Shown here in pieces: positions 55,207 to 63,395 of a DNA stretch of 64,000 bases. Both the position numbers and the translations under genes were made by a program. The notes below the pieces were generated by a model. That model was given only the letters and a program-made list of their open reading frames with translations, ran no database searches and was not told where the DNA came from. The DNA is from Abditibacterium sp. (GTDB lineage: Bacteria; Armatimonadota; Abditibacteriia; Abditibacteriales; Abditibacteriaceae): the NCBI GenBank assembly GCA_965246885.1, contig OZ251992.1:576001-640000 (forward strand), written 5' to 3'. The stretch's first letter is position 1, and the number at the start of each line of letters is the position of its first letter.

Positions 55207-57777
55207 TCACGACTGCGCGTGTTTCTTGAGCGCGTCGAGCCACACGTAGAAGGCTATCACCGCGCCCACGAGCAGAAAGCCGAGCGCGCCGATGTATCCC
55301 ACTGGCGGCTCGACGTCGGAACCATCGGGCGGGTCGGGGTTGATGGTGACGACGCGCACTCCGTCCGCGCGCACAACGGTGCTGGCGCCCCATCCACCTG
55401 CCGGGGGCGGCACGGCGACGGCAGCTTTGACGGCGGCTTCGGGCGACCACTGCGCGCCGGTGCAAGCGAACGCCAGCAATCGTGTGCCGCCCCCGATGGC
55501 CGCGCCCATCAGCATGCCATTGCGCACGAAGGTCTTACGCTTGGTGTCGGGCGGCGCGATGCGGTACGCCAAACCGAGCGGAGCGCGTAGGCAAGCGGTG
55601 CCTCCCTTGGCAAGGGCGAGACTCGCGCGGCCCGCGCTGCCGGGCGCCATGCCGTCGCGCGAGTTGAGCGACACCATCACTTCGCCGCGCCGCGTGTTGA
55701 TTTGAAGCGGCTCGATGCGAAGACCGGGCGGCGCGTTATCGAGCGCCCACGCGCCAAAGGGTAGCCCCGGCCCGACGGCCTCGAACTCCAAGCGCGCGGT
55801 CGCCTTCTCGCCCCACTCGACGGTCATCGGAGTGGGCGCGGCGGTGAAGCGCAGTTCGACGCGCGGCAGTTCGGGGTCGAGCAGGCGCAAGACGGCTTCA
55901 AAGGTCGCTTCGGGCGCGACGGCATCCTTGCGGCGCAGCGCCTCGATTTGCGCGACAAGCGGAGAAACCTCGCCGTTTTCGTCGCGCATCCGTTGGCGCA
56001 GCCACGCGCCCAGCCAGCCGTCGCGCCAGCGCTCCAACCCCGCGCGATACGCCGACGGCACGCCCGCGTCCCAGTCGCGCGCGCTTCCATAGCACGCCCG
56101 CGCGAGGTCGCGCGGTGAACGGGCGACGACGCCGGGCAGGATGGTGTAGGGCCGCGCCGGGTCGAGGAGCCACAGCACCTCCTCCCACGCGATGCGCGCG
56201 TCTATGCTCGACAAGGTGGCGCCCTCGCGCGAGGGCGGCCACCACGCGCCGCGCAAGATGGCCACGCCCGCCGCCAAGTCGGGCCGGTTGGGGCGCCCCA
56301 AGCGCAGCCACGCTTCGAGGGAGTAGAGCGTCTTGCGGGTGATAATCTCGTGAAGGCTGGTCTGCTTGGCCGCCAGCCACGCTTCCACCTGAGCGGGAAA
56401 CGCCTCGATCTCCTCGACCCACAGCCCCGGCCCAAAGGGAAAGGGCAGGTCGGGGTCGAGGCGCAAAATGGCGTGAAAGAGGGCGAGTCGCGGCGCGGTG
56501 CCCCATTGCTCGCGGTCGCGGCGGATGTCGCGCGCGGCCTTGACGTCGAGTTCGCCGATCCAGTTGAGCAGGACGTCCGAGCGCAGCAGTTCCTCTTCGC
56601 CCAGCGTGGGTTCCTCGCCCAGCGCGCGGGCCATGCCCGCCAAGTCGGTGGGCGCGGACGGGAAGACGTTGTAAGGCCGCGCCGCTCGCTTGACGCCTAA
56701 CTCATACCCGGCGTCGTCGCGGATTTTCTGGCGGTCGTGGTCGGTGGTGGTGCCCCCCAGCCAGCGCGCCACTTCGGGGGCGCCCCAGCGCGTGCGGCGG
56801 TTGCGGATGAGCAGACCTTGCATTAACTCCCGCAAGCGCGGCTCGCAGTCGGGCACGGCAACGCGCCCGCCCGCCATGTAGAAGTCGTAGACGTCGCTCC
56901 AACGCCCGGAATGGAGCGCACTCGTGCCGCTTAAAAGCTCGACCAAGACGACGCCAAAGGAGTAGTAGTCGGACGCGGGCGACACGATGGCGGCGGTCTG
57001 GCCGCTTTCGGGGTCAACGAAGCGCGGAAAGGCTTCGGGCGCCATGTAGAAGTGGGTGCCCGCCGCGCGCACGGTGTCGCGCGAGGTGAGGTGCAGTTCA
57101 ACGAGCGAGGAAATGTCGAAGTCGCCGATGGCAAGCGACAAGCGCCCGTTGTGGCGGCGCAAATACAGGTTCTTCGGTTTAATGTCACGGTGAACGACGC
57201 CGCGCTCGTGCAGGTACTGCAAGCCCGCGCAAAAGGGCGCGACGACGCCGCGCTCCAAAACTTGCGCCGCGAGGCGCGCTTGGCCGTCGCGCGGCAGGGC
57301 ATCGTCTAAGGTGCCGCCCTCGCAGAACTCCTGCACTTCGGCCCAGAAGTCTCCCTCGCGCGCGACGCGGTGCGTGGTGAGCAGGGCAGGGTGGCGCAGG
57401 TCAGGCAAGCGGCGCCAGAGTTCCTCGCGCGGCGGATGCAGAGCGGCGGCGATTTTCACCATCACGCGGCCTTGGGGCGCGTCGCAGTCATAAAGTCCGG
57501 CGCGCGTGGTCTCGTGCGGGCGGATGGTCTCGCGGACGATGCAATCGCCACAAATGAGCGCTCCCGGCGCCAAAACGCCCAACGGCAGCAGCCGACCGGC
57601 GCCCGTTTGGACGCGAGCGCGCGGCGCCATGCGGGTGGCATCGGCGGGCGCGAGCGGCGGGGCGGGCGCGGCCTCGACGGGGCGGCGCGGCACGCGGCGC
57701 GTGACGGCCCACAGCAAAGCGCCACGCGGCGCGCGGCGCGTGGTTTGGGCGCGAAAGTCCAGTGGGGAAGCGGCCAT
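55207..57777 (-). CDS. Hanks-type Ser/Thr protein kinase with helical repeats and C-terminal TMs
   Basis: 'VMVK', 'HRDIKPKN', 'GDFDIS', 'GT..YMAPE', 'SDYYSFG'; start could extend to 57957. Confidence 0.88.
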   Translation of the reverse strand: MAASPLDFRAQTTRRAPRGALLWAVTRRVPRRPVEAAPAPPLAPADATRMAPRARVQTGAGRLLPLGVLAPGALICGDCIVRETIRPHETTRAGLYDCDAPQGRVMVKIAAALHPPREELWRRLPDLRHPALLTTHRVAREGDFWAEVQEFCEGGTLDDALPRDGQARLAAQVLERGVVAPFCAGLQYLHERGVVHRDIKPKNLYLRRHNGRLSLAIGDFDISSLVELHLTSRDTVRAAGTHFYMAPEAFPRFVDPESGQTAAIVSPASDYYSFGVVLVELLSGTSALHSGRWSDVYDFYMAGGRVAVPDCEPRLRELMQGLLIRNRRTRWGAPEVARWLGGTTTDHDRQKIRDDAGYELGVKRAARPYNVFPSAPTDLAGMARALGEEPTLGEEELLRSDVLLNWIGELDVKAARDIRRDREQWGTAPRLALFHAILRLDPDLPFPFGPGLWVEEIEAFPAQVEAWLAAKQTSLHEIITRKTLYSLEAWLRLGRPNRPDLAAGVAILRGAWWPPSREGATLSSIDARIAWEEVLWLLDPARPYTILPGVVARSPRDLARACYGSARDWDAGVPSAYRAGLERWRDGWLGAWLRQRMRDENGEVSPLVAQIEALRRKDAVAPEATFEAVLRLLDPELPRVELRFTAAPTPMTVEWGEKATARLEFEAVGPGLPFGAWALDNAPPGLRIEPLQINTRRGEVMVSLNSRDGMAPGSAGRASLALAKGGTACLRAPLGLAYRIAPPDTKRKTFVRNGMLMGAAIGGGTRLLAFACTGAQWSPEAAVKAAVAVPPPAGGWGASTVVRADGVRVVTINPDPPDGSDVEPPVGYIGALGFLLVGAVIAFYVWLDALKKHAQS

Positions 57778-57831
57778 AGCGGATAGTTGCTTTGACAAAG
57801 CGTTAGTTTGAACCGAATCAGCCCTCGGCGT

Positions 57832-57968
57832 CCCGGCCATGAATGACCGGGCTACCCGTTGGCTTTGCCAACCACTGCCCGCCTTCGCGGACAAAACGCA
57901 GTTCGTGTTGGCCACGAAGGTGGCCAGTGGCGCCAAAGGCGCGTGTAGCCCGGCCATTTATGGCCGGG
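57832..57968. repeat. REP doublet GTAGCCCGG-CCAT-t-TATG-GCCGGG
   Basis: 57945-57968 with an inverted partner at 57832-57855; overlaps the FHA gene stop. Confidence 0.75.
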
Positions 57969-58458
57969 CAGAAATTCCCCCTTCAATCGCCACGCGGAAC
58001 GCGGTGAGCGAAAGCGAAAGCAGCGAGCCGTCATGGAGCGCCACTTCCGAGTCGTCTTCGACTGTTTCGCCGTCTACCGCGATGAAGTTGCCCTGCGCGA
58101 TGTATTGCACGAACCACTGCTCGCCGCGCCGCAAGAACTTGGCGTGGCGGCGCGAGATGAAATCCATGTGCGGCACGTCGCAAAGGAGCACGTCGGCTTC
58201 GAGGCCGCGCCCGATGGTTTGCCCCGCTTCCATGACAAAGGAGCGCGTCGGGTCGTCCACCAATTCCAAGCGGCAACGCGCGGGGATCGGAGCAACGGGC
58301 GCGGCGGGCGGGAGCGGGGCCGCGACTTCCACGCTATCGGCGGCGCGCGCCGCGACGGTTTGCGCGGGAACCGACAAGAGGTCGAAGTCGCAGCGCGTGC
58401 AAAAGGATTCGCTCGGCGCGTTTTCGAGGCCGCACGAGGGGCAGATTTTGACTTGCAC
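57958..58458 (-). CDS. Zinc-ribbon plus FHA domain protein
   Basis: 'CPSC...CTRC'; FHA 'IGR...DV...ISRRHA'; GTG 1 nt after the upstream stop. Confidence 0.9.
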   Translation of the reverse strand: MQVKICPSCGLENAPSESFCTRCDFDLLSVPAQTVAARAADSVEVAAPLPPAAPVAPIPARCRLELVDDPTRSFVMEAGQTIGRGLEADVLLCDVPHMDFISRRHAKFLRRGEQWFVQYIAQGNFIAVDGETVEDDSEVALHDGSLLSLSLTAFRVAIEGGISARP

Positions 58459-58459
58459 G

Positions 58460-59152
58460 CTACGCAGTTTCTCCTTCCGGGGCTGTCCGGCGCGCGGGCA
58501 GGTCGGGGCGCGCTTGGATGCCCTGCGCCATCAGCGCCCCGCGATACGCCGCCAAGTCGCCGCGCTTGGGGATCCCAATCAAGCGGAAGCGCGCGGCTCC
58601 CAGCATCTGCAACTGCAACGGGCGGCGCTCCGGCATCGGCGCGGTGGTTTGCTCAAGGTGCCGCGCCGCGCGCGGTGACAAGAGATGCACGCGCTGATTA
58701 TCCGAGCCGCGCCACGCCAACTCGTTGCCCGCGCCCTGCTCGAAGCGGCCATCTATCAGCAAGTCCAACTCGCCCAAATACTCCGCCACTTCCGGCCCGC
58801 GCCCTTGCAACTCCTCCAGCGAAAAGCCGGAATACGACAGCACTTCCAACCCTTCCAAGCCCGCCATCGCCCGCAACGCCCGAATCAGCAGCGTAAGCGG
58901 GCGCGCTTGCAGCGTCGGCTCGCCGCCCGAAATCGAAAGCCCATCCAACCCGCGCAAGGCGGGCGCCAACTGCTGCGCTATCTCGCCCACTGCGCGGTGC
59001 GTCGCGGACGCTCCCGGTTCCCACAGTTCGGGCGTCATGCAACCCGGACACGCGAGCGGGCAGCCGCGCACCCACAAGATCAAGCGGCGCCCCGGCCCCA
59101 GCCCTTCGACGGGCGCGGCGAAGTCTTCCATGTCCAGCAAGGCGTCTTCCAT
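58460..59152 (-). CDS. Radical SAM protein, NrdG/activase-like (4Fe-4S single cluster)
   Basis: 'GPG.R..LWVRGCPLACPGC', 'SISGGEP', 'YSGF', 'DLLIDGRF', 'WRGSDNQR'; TAATG overlap with the ATPase. Confidence 0.9.
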   Translation of the reverse strand: MEDALLDMEDFAAPVEGLGPGRRLILWVRGCPLACPGCMTPELWEPGASATHRAVGEIAQQLAPALRGLDGLSISGGEPTLQARPLTLLIRALRAMAGLEGLEVLSYSGFSLEELQGRGPEVAEYLGELDLLIDGRFEQGAGNELAWRGSDNQRVHLLSPRAARHLEQTTAPMPERRPLQLQMLGAARFRLIGIPKRGDLAAYRGALMAQGIQARPDLPARRTAPEGETA

Positions 59153-61200
59153 TACTTCGCCTCCCAGTGCAGCGTGTAGCCCCAACCCGCGACGGGCGGG
59201 ACTTCGATGTTCGTGACGCGCAGCGTGGTTATCTTGTGCGGCGCGTCGAGAACTTGGAACAGGACGCGTGCGAGCGGGTTGAGGACGGCGGCTTCGGCGA
59301 GGTTGCCCATGCCGCGCCCGCCCGACGCGACGTCACCCCCGCCCAAGCGCATGAGGGTGTCCACCACGCCCTGCTCGAAGACGACTTCGATGCCGTGTGT
59401 TTCGCGCACTTGGGAGGCAATGGAGGGCAGCACTTTGTTTTCGAGGATGCGGCGTAGCGTCGGCTCGCGCACGAAGTCGAAGACAACGACGTTTTGCCCG
59501 ATGCGGTTAAGCAGTTCGGGGCGCCCCAAGATGTGCTTGAAATACGAGCCGACGCCGTCCACGATCTTGGCGCGCACATCGGCATACTCGGTGTCAATGG
59601 CGGGGTCTACGTTGAGTTCGGGCCGCCCCGTGACGGGGTCTACCATAGGCCGCGTGGTTTGCGGGTCGAGGCGGTAGATGCCCGCGTTGGACGTAAAGAC
59701 GATGACGGACTCGGAGAAGTAGACGGTTTGTCCGCGCCCGTCGGTCATGCGGCCATCTTCGAGTATCTGGAGGAACTTATCGAGTATCGAAGGGTGCGCC
59801 TTCTCGATTTCGTCGAAAAGTAAGACGGAGAACGGGTTGGCGCGGACGCGGTTGGTGAGTTGTCCGCCTTCCTCGTAGCCGACGTAGCCGGGCGGGGCGC
59901 CCAATAGCTTTTGGTCGGAGTGCGTGTCGCCGTATTCGCTCATGTCGAAGCGGATGCAGGCGTCTTGGGTTCCAAAGACCAGTTCCGCCATCGCTTTGGC
60001 GAGTTCGGTCTTGCCCACGCCGGTTGGCCCGGCGAAGAACAGGACGCCGCGCGGCTTGGTGCGACTGGAATGTTGCGCGCCCGACAAGCCCAGTCGCGCG
60101 CGGCGCAAAACGTCGGCGACCGCCGCGACCGCCGCTTCTTGGCCGATGACGCGGCGGCTCAAGGCGGCTTCGGCGCCCGCCAACTTCGCGGCGGGCAAGG
60201 TGTCCCATTCGCTTTCGCGCTCGCCGTATTTGAAGCGGTCTACTAATTCCTTGGGCTTGATGGGCGCGTCCTCGCCTTGCGCGTGCGCGGCGCGCGCGAT
60301 TTTGCGGATGCCATACAGGTCGCGCACGCTCATGCCGTCGGTCAGTTCGACCAACTCATCGAGGGGTGTCTTGTGGCTGGCCTCGGAGCGTTGGCGGGCG
60401 ACGGCGGGCAGGAAGCGGGTGAAGAAGTGGCGCCGCTCGACCGAGCGTGGCAATTCCACCTCGACGCCCGCGCCAAAGGGGTTGTTGAGATACACCCACG
60501 CCGGCAGGTCGGTCAGCTTGTCGCAACCCACGACCAGCAGGTTCTGCACTTCGCGCGGCGCCTCGTCGCCCGCGCCGCGCGCCGACAGGACACGGTTTTC
60601 CGGCGCCGAGCGCACCAGCCGCAAGAACGAACTCCGCTCGGCGAGCGTCAGGTGCGTCGGCGACGCGAGCAGTTGCGAGGCGTATTCCAGAAAGAACACC
60701 GTTGGCACCCGCGCGTTGAGCAGACAAATCCGCATTTGCTGGAGCGCCAAGTCGAGAGGGTCTTCGGGGTTGCTCGGCCCCGGATGGCGCCCCGCGCCAA
60801 GCGAAAAGCGCGCCGTCCGTTCGCCCGCTTCGACGAACTGCTCGAACAGTTGCGCCATCGTGAGCGCGGCGCCGGGAACTTTAACCGGCAAGACCGGCGC
60901 TTTGACGTCAGTGAGCGGAAGCGGCACGCCCGCGAGTGGCGCGTCGGCGAACACCATCCCGTCAATGGAGTTGAACGCGCCAATCAGCCCATAGCCGCGC
61001 GTTCGGAAAAACTCGAACAGCGCCTCGCGCAGCGACCCCAACTTCCAAGCGCCGTCCCCTTCGGGCACGCCGGGCGAGGGCGCGAGCGGATACAGCACGG
61101 TGTCCTTGATTTGCCCGTAGAGATAGATTTGCGACTTGAACGCGCTCAGGCGGTCGAGGTCGCGCATCCAACGCGGCAGCAGATTCGGGGTTTGCGACAT
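59152..61200 (-). CDS. ClpB-like AAA+ ATPase: intact D2 module, degenerate N-terminal module
   Basis: 'VIGQ..AV', 'GPTGVGKT', 'RFDMSEY', 'GAPPGYVGY', 'LFDEIEKAH', 'TSN', 'RPELLNRI'; no Walker A in the first half. Confidence 0.9.
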   Translation of the reverse strand: MSQTPNLLPRWMRDLDRLSAFKSQIYLYGQIKDTVLYPLAPSPGVPEGDGAWKLGSLREALFEFFRTRGYGLIGAFNSIDGMVFADAPLAGVPLPLTDVKAPVLPVKVPGAALTMAQLFEQFVEAGERTARFSLGAGRHPGPSNPEDPLDLALQQMRICLLNARVPTVFFLEYASQLLASPTHLTLAERSSFLRLVRSAPENRVLSARGAGDEAPREVQNLLVVGCDKLTDLPAWVYLNNPFGAGVEVELPRSVERRHFFTRFLPAVARQRSEASHKTPLDELVELTDGMSVRDLYGIRKIARAAHAQGEDAPIKPKELVDRFKYGERESEWDTLPAAKLAGAEAALSRRVIGQEAAVAAVADVLRRARLGLSGAQHSSRTKPRGVLFFAGPTGVGKTELAKAMAELVFGTQDACIRFDMSEYGDTHSDQKLLGAPPGYVGYEEGGQLTNRVRANPFSVLLFDEIEKAHPSILDKFLQILEDGRMTDGRGQTVYFSESVIVFTSNAGIYRLDPQTTRPMVDPVTGRPELNVDPAIDTEYADVRAKIVDGVGSYFKHILGRPELLNRIGQNVVVFDFVREPTLRRILENKVLPSIASQVRETHGIEVVFEQGVVDTLMRLGGGDVASGGRGMGNLAEAAVLNPLARVLFQVLDAPHKITTLRVTNIEVPPVAGWGYTLHWEAK

Positions 61201-61242
61201 GGGTAGTGGGTTGTTGGGGTTGGGAAGCGTTGAAAAAGAGTT

Positions 61243-62574
61243 TTATTCCCCCATTCGCCGCACTTGGGGCGCCCCGCTTTCGCGGCGGGCGGCTTCGGCA
61301 ATGGCTTGGGAGGCCCCGTCGCTTTGCAGTTGCACGACTTGCAACTCTTCCTTGCCCGCTTTGAAGTTGCGGCGCTTCTTTTCGCGCACAACCAAGTTGC
61401 GGCGGCGCAGGCCGTCGAAGACGGCGTCCATCAGGTCGCACACCCGCTCTTGTTCGCGGCTCGATACCTCGCGCGTGCCGTCCGACAGGGCGACCATCTT
61501 GCCTTCGAGCGCGCCTTTGCCGTCTATGTGCAGTTGCACGCCCGTTCCGGCGTCGAGAACCGCGACAAGTTCGGGCGAGTTGGTGGCGCTCGACACGCGG
61601 TAGCCAAGCCCCGCCAGCACTTGCTGCACTTGGTCTTCGAGAAAGGTCTGCATGGCGCGCTCGTCGAGGGCTTCCTGCGTGCGGGCGAACAGGGCGTCGC
61701 TTTGCTCGGCCAGCCCTTCGAGGGTTTGCAGTTCGACGGGCGTCGCGGCGACAAGGGCGGACAGGCGTTTGAGCATCTCGTTCGCTTCGCGGCGCGGCTC
61801 CTCAAGGACGGTTTGGTTGAGGACGGCGCGCGCGTTGGCCGAAATGTGACCGGCCAACTCGCGGGCGCGGGCGGCGTTTTGCAAGCGCGCGGCGTCTTCT
61901 CCGGTGGCGCGTTTGATTTCACTCCGCGCCCGCTCCCCAAGCAGTTGCAGCCCTTGCACCGCCATCGCGGGCTGAGTCGCCGCCAGTTCGCGCACTTGCG
62001 CGGCGCGCTCCAAAATGGCTTTGAGTGCTGCGCCCCGTCCGCCGCGCGCCAAGGGAGACGCGCGCACATCCGCTTCAAGCGCGGCGACTTCCTCGCGCAC
62101 GAGTGCCGCGACATCGGCGCTCTTGGCGGAGGTCTCTTTCGCGCGTGCCGCCACCCATGCCGCGACCGCCGCCTGCAATTGCTCGAAGGCCGCCATCTGT
62201 CCGCCCGCGCCGGACGCCGCTACCTCGCGGATGACCTCCGCGCATCGGGCGCGCAGAGCCGCCACTTGGGGAGAAGTCGGCGCGTTCGGGTCGCCGCCCG
62301 CCGCGCCCAAGCGCCCGCGCATCCGGCTCAGGGCGCCCAGCAGAAACGCTGTGTCGGGGTCGGCGGCGCTTTGGGGAGATAGCTCCAGCGCCATGCTTTG
62401 CGCCAAGCGCCGCGACTCGGCGAACTGCGCGCGCTGTTGCGAGTGTTCTTGTGCTTCGCGCTCGTCGCGCGCGGCCCACTCCGCTTTGGCCGCGCAATAA
62501 TCGCCGCGCATCTGGCGCGCGGCCAAATACACCGCCGCTCCCGCCACCACCACGCCCCCCGTCGCCGCCATCAT
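61243..62574 (-). CDS. Coiled-coil protein with N-terminal hydrophobic helix, first gene of the operon (true start probably 62645 across a frameshift)
   Basis: Long Ala/Glu/Arg-rich helices; C-terminal alpha/beta domain 'VLAGLGYRV...LHIDGKG...ERVC'. Confidence 0.75.
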   Translation of the reverse strand: MMAATGGVVVAGAAVYLAARQMRGDYCAAKAEWAARDEREAQEHSQQRAQFAESRRLAQSMALELSPQSAADPDTAFLLGALSRMRGRLGAAGGDPNAPTSPQVAALRARCAEVIREVAASGAGGQMAAFEQLQAAVAAWVAARAKETSAKSADVAALVREEVAALEADVRASPLARGGRGAALKAILERAAQVRELAATQPAMAVQGLQLLGERARSEIKRATGEDAARLQNAARARELAGHISANARAVLNQTVLEEPRREANEMLKRLSALVAATPVELQTLEGLAEQSDALFARTQEALDERAMQTFLEDQVQQVLAGLGYRVSSATNSPELVAVLDAGTGVQLHIDGKGALEGKMVALSDGTREVSSREQERVCDLMDAVFDGLRRRNLVVREKKRRNFKAGKEELQVVQLQSDGASQAIAEAARRESGAPQVRRMGE

Positions 62575-62729
62575 GGTGGCAAAGGCGCCCGCGCCCCCGC
62601 CCGCTCCGCGTTCATTATCACGACCGCATCGGTTGCTCCGCTCATAGTTCCTCCCGGCGAAAATGCCGCTTCAAGTAAAGCACGTTGCGCGCCGCCGCTA
62701 AAGGGAGCGATAAGCAAAAAGCCTTGCAA

Positions 62730-63095
62730 TCACGCCGCGTGCGCTCGCAGTTGGGCCAAGTCCACCCACTCCAAAGCGGAAATGTGGGTGGCATGAAGGT
62801 CAACGGGCGGGGCGACGCCTGCGTCGAACGCTTCTTTCCAGCGCCCAACGCACAAGCACCACCGGTCGCCCGCGCGAAGGCCGGGGAAACCGAAACGCGG
62901 GACGGCAGTAACGAGGTCGTTGCCGCGTGCGCGGGAGAAGGCGAGGAACTCGTCGGTCATGACGGCGCACACGAGGTGCAGGCCGGAGTCGTTCTCGCCG
63001 GTGTTGCAGCAGCCGTCGCGGAAAAAGCCGGTGAGCGGGTCGCGGCCACACTCTTGGAGCGGCTCGCCTAAGACGTTGTGGGCCGTAGAAGTCAT
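62730..63095 (-). CDS. DUF2237 family protein
   Basis: 'NVLGEPL..C..DPLTGFFRDGCC.T...D.G.H.VCA...GNDL.T..P..GFPGL..GDRWCLC..RW'. Confidence 0.92.
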   Translation of the reverse strand: MTSTAHNVLGEPLQECGRDPLTGFFRDGCCNTGENDSGLHLVCAVMTDEFLAFSRARGNDLVTAVPRFGFPGLRAGDRWCLCVGRWKEAFDAGVAPPVDLHATHISALEWVDLAQLRAHAA

Positions 63096-63185
63096 TGCTG
63101 GGGCGTGGTTCCATTTGCGCGCCAAAATTCCGGTGAACTTCCGCGCCACAAGCGCGTCCAAGGGTGCAAGTTCAAGAGGATTCCC

Positions 63186-63356
63186 ATGTTTCCGCGCCAC
63201 CTTCCCGTTGTTTTGTTCGTCGCCGCGCTGTTGCTTTCGCAGCAGGCCATCACCCCCGCCGCCACCCACGACGACATCGCGGGCAAGAAAGACAAGGACG
63301 ACCCGCCCCGCCCCAAGCCCAAACCCGGCCCGCGCGGTGGCGGCGACGACGACTAA
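63186..63356 (+). CDS. Small putative secreted peptide (56 aa)
   Basis: Signal-like N-terminus, D/K/P-rich tail, AGAGGA upstream, hairpin right after the stop. Confidence 0.5.
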   Translation: MFPRHLPVVLFVAALLLSQQAITPAATHDDIAGKKDKDDPPRPKPKPGPRGGGDDD

Positions 63357-63385
63357 ACCCCCGGCTTCCCCCGAAGCCGGGGGTT
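63356..63385. terminator. Hairpin between convergent genes
   Basis: AACCCCCGGCTTC-ccc-GAAGCCGGGGGTT. Confidence 0.65.
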
Positions 63386-63395
63386 CGCGTTTGGC

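Noticed and set aside
58460..59152. nrdG of anaerobic ribonucleotide reductase
   Set aside because: No nrdD is adjacent and the gene is embedded in an unrelated operon, so the symbol was withheld.
59152..61200. Housekeeping clpB/clpC or T6SS clpV
   Set aside because: It lacks the N-domain, D1 Walker motifs and M-domain, and no T6SS structural genes are present despite the FHA and kinase genes.
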